A stretch of 64,000 nucleotides of DNA from assembly GCA_934096235.1 (NCBI GenBank), contig CAKOLO010000002.1:301919-365918 (forward strand). Direction: 5' to 3'. The notes under the pieces are model-generated. The model ran no database searches. It was given only the letters and a program-made list of their open reading frames with translations, and was not told where the DNA came from. This stretch comes from an uncultured Bacilli bacterium. Its GTDB lineage: Bacteria; Bacillota_I; Bacilli_A; RF39; UBA660. Shown piece after piece: positions 61,727 to 64,000 of this stretch (positions are counted from its first letter, which is position 1; every line of letters starts with the position of its first letter). The position numbers were made by a program, and so were the translations under genes.

Positions 61727-61830
61727 ATGAAATAAAATATTAAATGAAAACGTTGTGTTTTCTTTTTTTTTATTAAATTTTCAAGTGTTGTACTTGTTAT
61801 TATAAATTATCATTCAATAAAAAAGAGACT

Positions 61831-62496
61831 TTAGTCTCTATCTCTACTTATAAGTATTAATCTAAGTATTTGTAATGCTTCTCCTAAGAAACCTGCTACG
61901 TATGTGAATGCTGCTGCATTTAATACACTGTTTGTACCATCTATATTCTTTTTACTATAAAGTCCTATATCCTTTAATTGTTTTTTTGCTCTAGATGATG
62001 CATTAAATTCAACTGGAAGAGTTATTAATTGAAAGAATAATCCTACTAATAGAAGTATAATACCAATATCAATGATGTTTAATGCTTCAGATGCAAAACC
62101 TATAATTATAAATAAGCTTGATATATGAGATGTGAAGTTTACTATAGGTACTAAGAAACTTCTAAATCTTAAGAAAAAATATCCTTCTTTATCTTGTATA
62201 GCATGTCCTACTTCATGAGCTGCAACAGCTGCAGAACTAATGCTTGTTCCATTATAAATGTTAGTAGATAATACGACTCTTTTTTTTCTTGGGTCATAGT
62301 AGTCTGTAAGTTCTCCTCCTGTTTCATATATTTCTACGTTATTAAGACCGTTTTTATCAAGAATCATTCTTGCAACTTCTTTACCAGTTAATTCTTTATC
62401 ATTTTTAATTCTTGAATATTTTGAATAAGAACCTTTAATACCTATTTGAGCAATTAAAGGTATTAGAATAATTAATAATATTAATAATAAATCCAT
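61831..62496 (-). CDS. YugP-family putative zinc metallopeptidase (membrane)
   Basis: HEVGHAIQ zinc motif, N-terminal TM plus internal hydrophobic segments; 221 aa. Confidence 0.7.
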   Translation of the reverse strand: MDLLLILLIILIPLIAQIGIKGSYSKYSRIKNDKELTGKEVARMILDKNGLNNVEIYETGGELTDYYDPRKKRVVLSTNIYNGTSISSAAVAAHEVGHAIQDKEGYFFLRFRSFLVPIVNFTSHISSLFIIIGFASEALNIIDIGIILLLVGLFFQLITLPVEFNASSRAKKQLKDIGLYSKKNIDGTNSVLNAAAFTYVAGFLGEALQILRLILISRDRD

Positions 62497-62545
62497 TTAA
62501 ATCACCAATATAATATTAACATATTATTGTGAAATATACGAGAAA

Positions 62546-63886
62546 TTATACTCTAAATCCTATAGTTTGGGTATAATTTTTAATATTTATAGATTCTTTT
62601 ATACTTGTTTTGTCTAATTTTATTTTATTAATTTTTAAATTATTAATTTTTTTATCTATAGATTTTGCTTCTTTAAATTTTTTATTTTTTAAAAGTTCTA
62701 TTTTTGTTGTTAGTAATTTGTTAGTTTCTTTTTTTATAGTTGTATCATTTATTTTTGTTTTAGTACATAGTAAGTCTAGTAGTTCTAAACTTTTATCTGG
62801 ATTTTTCTTTGTTTTGTCTTTGTCTGTTATTTCTATTATAAATTTTAAATCTTTGTTATTTATTTTTACATTATGATATTTTTCATAATATTTTTTTGTG
62901 TTTTTAAGTATATTTAGTGTTTCTTCTTTTGTTGGTTCATTTACTTTTATTATTTGGAATCTTCTATTTAATGCTTTGTCTTTTGATATTGTTTTGTTGT
63001 ATTCATTTACTGTTGTTGCTCCTATACATTTTATTTTGTTTCTAGCTAGGTATGGTTTTAGTATGTTTGAGGCATCTATTGCGCCTTCTGCGCCTCCTGC
63101 ACCTACCATTGTGTGTATTTCATCTATGAATAGAATTAGGTCTTCGTTGCTTTCAAATTCACTTATAATCTTTTCTATTTTTTCTTCAAATTCTCCTCTA
63201 TATCTAGTACCGCTTACTATAGATGACATTGTTAATTCTATAATCTGTTTGTTTTTTAAATATTCAGGGACATCATTATTATTTATTTTTTTTGCTAATG
63301 CTTCTACTATTGCTGTTTTACCGACACCTGCTTCTCCAATAAGTATTGCATTACTTTTATCTTTTTTACATAATGCTTCTATTAATTCATTTAATTCTTT
63401 TTCTCTACCTGTTATGTTATAAGTTTGATTTTTAACTTTGTTATTTAGATTAATTCCATATTTTAAGTTAGTTTCATTTAATAGTTTTTTATATATTTTA
63501 TTTATATCGATGTTTTGATTATTTAGTATTGTTATAGCTATACCATCATTATTCTTTATTATATTTAATAATACATTTTTAAGTGTTATTTTGTTGTCTT
63601 TTACTGATTCAAGTATAATTTTTTTTAATAGTGGAGTGTATGATGGGATAGTTATTTTACTATCTTTTTTAATGTATTTATTTATTTCTTTTATATATTC
63701 TTTTTTATTTATTTCTTTTTTTAAAATGTTTGATATTTCATTATTTATAGAGAGTACTCCTATTATTAGATGTTCTGTACCTATAAAGTTATGTTTAAGT
63801 TTTATTGCTTCTTTTTCACTTTGTTTTAATGCTTTAATTAAATTTTCATCATATTCTATCATATTAATAGTATGTTTTGAATGCAA
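62546..63886 (-). CDS. Clp-family AAA+ ATPase, truncated (Clp-N + single nucleotide-binding domain)
   Basis: Clp N-repeat (AIKLKHNFIGTEHLIIGVL), GREKELNELIEAL, Walker A GEAGVGKTAIVEALA, Walker B LILFIDEIH; only 446 aa with no second AAA module. Confidence 0.6.
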   Translation of the reverse strand: MHSKHTINMIEYDENLIKALKQSEKEAIKLKHNFIGTEHLIIGVLSINNEISNILKKEINKKEYIKEINKYIKKDSKITIPSYTPLLKKIILESVKDNKITLKNVLLNIIKNNDGIAITILNNQNIDINKIYKKLLNETNLKYGINLNNKVKNQTYNITGREKELNELIEALCKKDKSNAILIGEAGVGKTAIVEALAKKINNNDVPEYLKNKQIIELTMSSIVSGTRYRGEFEEKIEKIISEFESNEDLILFIDEIHTMVGAGGAEGAIDASNILKPYLARNKIKCIGATTVNEYNKTISKDKALNRRFQIIKVNEPTKEETLNILKNTKKYYEKYHNVKINNKDLKFIIEITDKDKTKKNPDKSLELLDLLCTKTKINDTTIKKETNKLLTTKIELLKNKKFKEAKSIDKKINNLKINKIKLDKTSIKESINIKNYTQTIGFRV

Positions 63887-63918
63887 AAAAAAATACAGAT
63901 TTTACTCTGTATTTTTTT
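63885..63918. terminator. bidirectional hairpin terminator
   Basis: A-run, then tacaga-ttttac-tctgta, then a T-run. Confidence 0.45.
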
Positions 63919-64000
63919 ATATTAGCATTGCGGCTACTGTAGTTAAGATTACAATTCCGAATAATACTAATGCTAGTTTCCAAGTCTTTTTAATCCACTC
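63917..64000 (-). CDS. 3' end of an upstream membrane-protein gene (partial)
   Basis: Minus-strand translation ...EWIKKTWKLALVLFGIVILTTVAAMLI* ends at 63917. Confidence 0.3.
   Translation of the reverse strand, partial: EWIKKTWKLALVLFGIVILTTVAAMLI

Overview
This window is the chromosomal replication-origin region of a very AT-rich (about 25-30% GC) Firmicute. Gene content (spoVG, spoVT, yabP/yabQ, spoIIR, veg, RNA polymerase delta, a Noc-like ParB, a ComK-like protein, an [FeFe]-hydrogenase) points to an anaerobic, spore-forming Bacilli/Erysipelotrichia-like lineage, but this is an inference from which genes are present. The left arm (1-28286) is almost entirely minus-strand: ftsH, tilS, divIC/yabQ/yabP, spoVG, veg, yabG, sortase, ksgA, tatD, spoVT, mfd, pth, rsmI, yaaT, holB, recR, ybaB, dnaX, tadA, a short SRP RNA, gyrA, gyrB, recF, a ComK-like gene, dnaN, dnaA. 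A DnaA-box cluster (oriC) lies at 28.4-28.55 kb. The right arm is plus-strand: an unusual 487-aa ORF, rpmH, rnpA, yidC, jag, mnmE, mnmG, rsmG, a Noc-like ParB, then prfA, prmC, murA, rpmE, a two-component system, an [FeFe]-hydrogenase, typA, argS, rpsF-ssb-rpsR. The strongest non-genic signal is an 820-bp gene-free spacer (18.66-19.48 kb). It carries five identical perfect 16-bp palindromes matching the Firmicute parS consensus, plus one perfect 14-bp Noc-binding-site consensus (ATTTCCCGGGAAAT). The only ParB-family gene in the window is Noc-like and has no adjacent parA/soj or spo0J. Other points of interest: three tandem Spo0A boxes upstream of a ComK-like gene in the dnaN-recF slot; a 487-aa novel ORF inserted inside the oriC region; an AT-rich accessory island (50.7-54.2 kb) with a Fic protein, a chagasin-like small secreted protein and three paralogous XRE regulators; and a GC-enriched 450-bp noncoding segment (56.8-57.25 kb) with no recognisable RNA signature.
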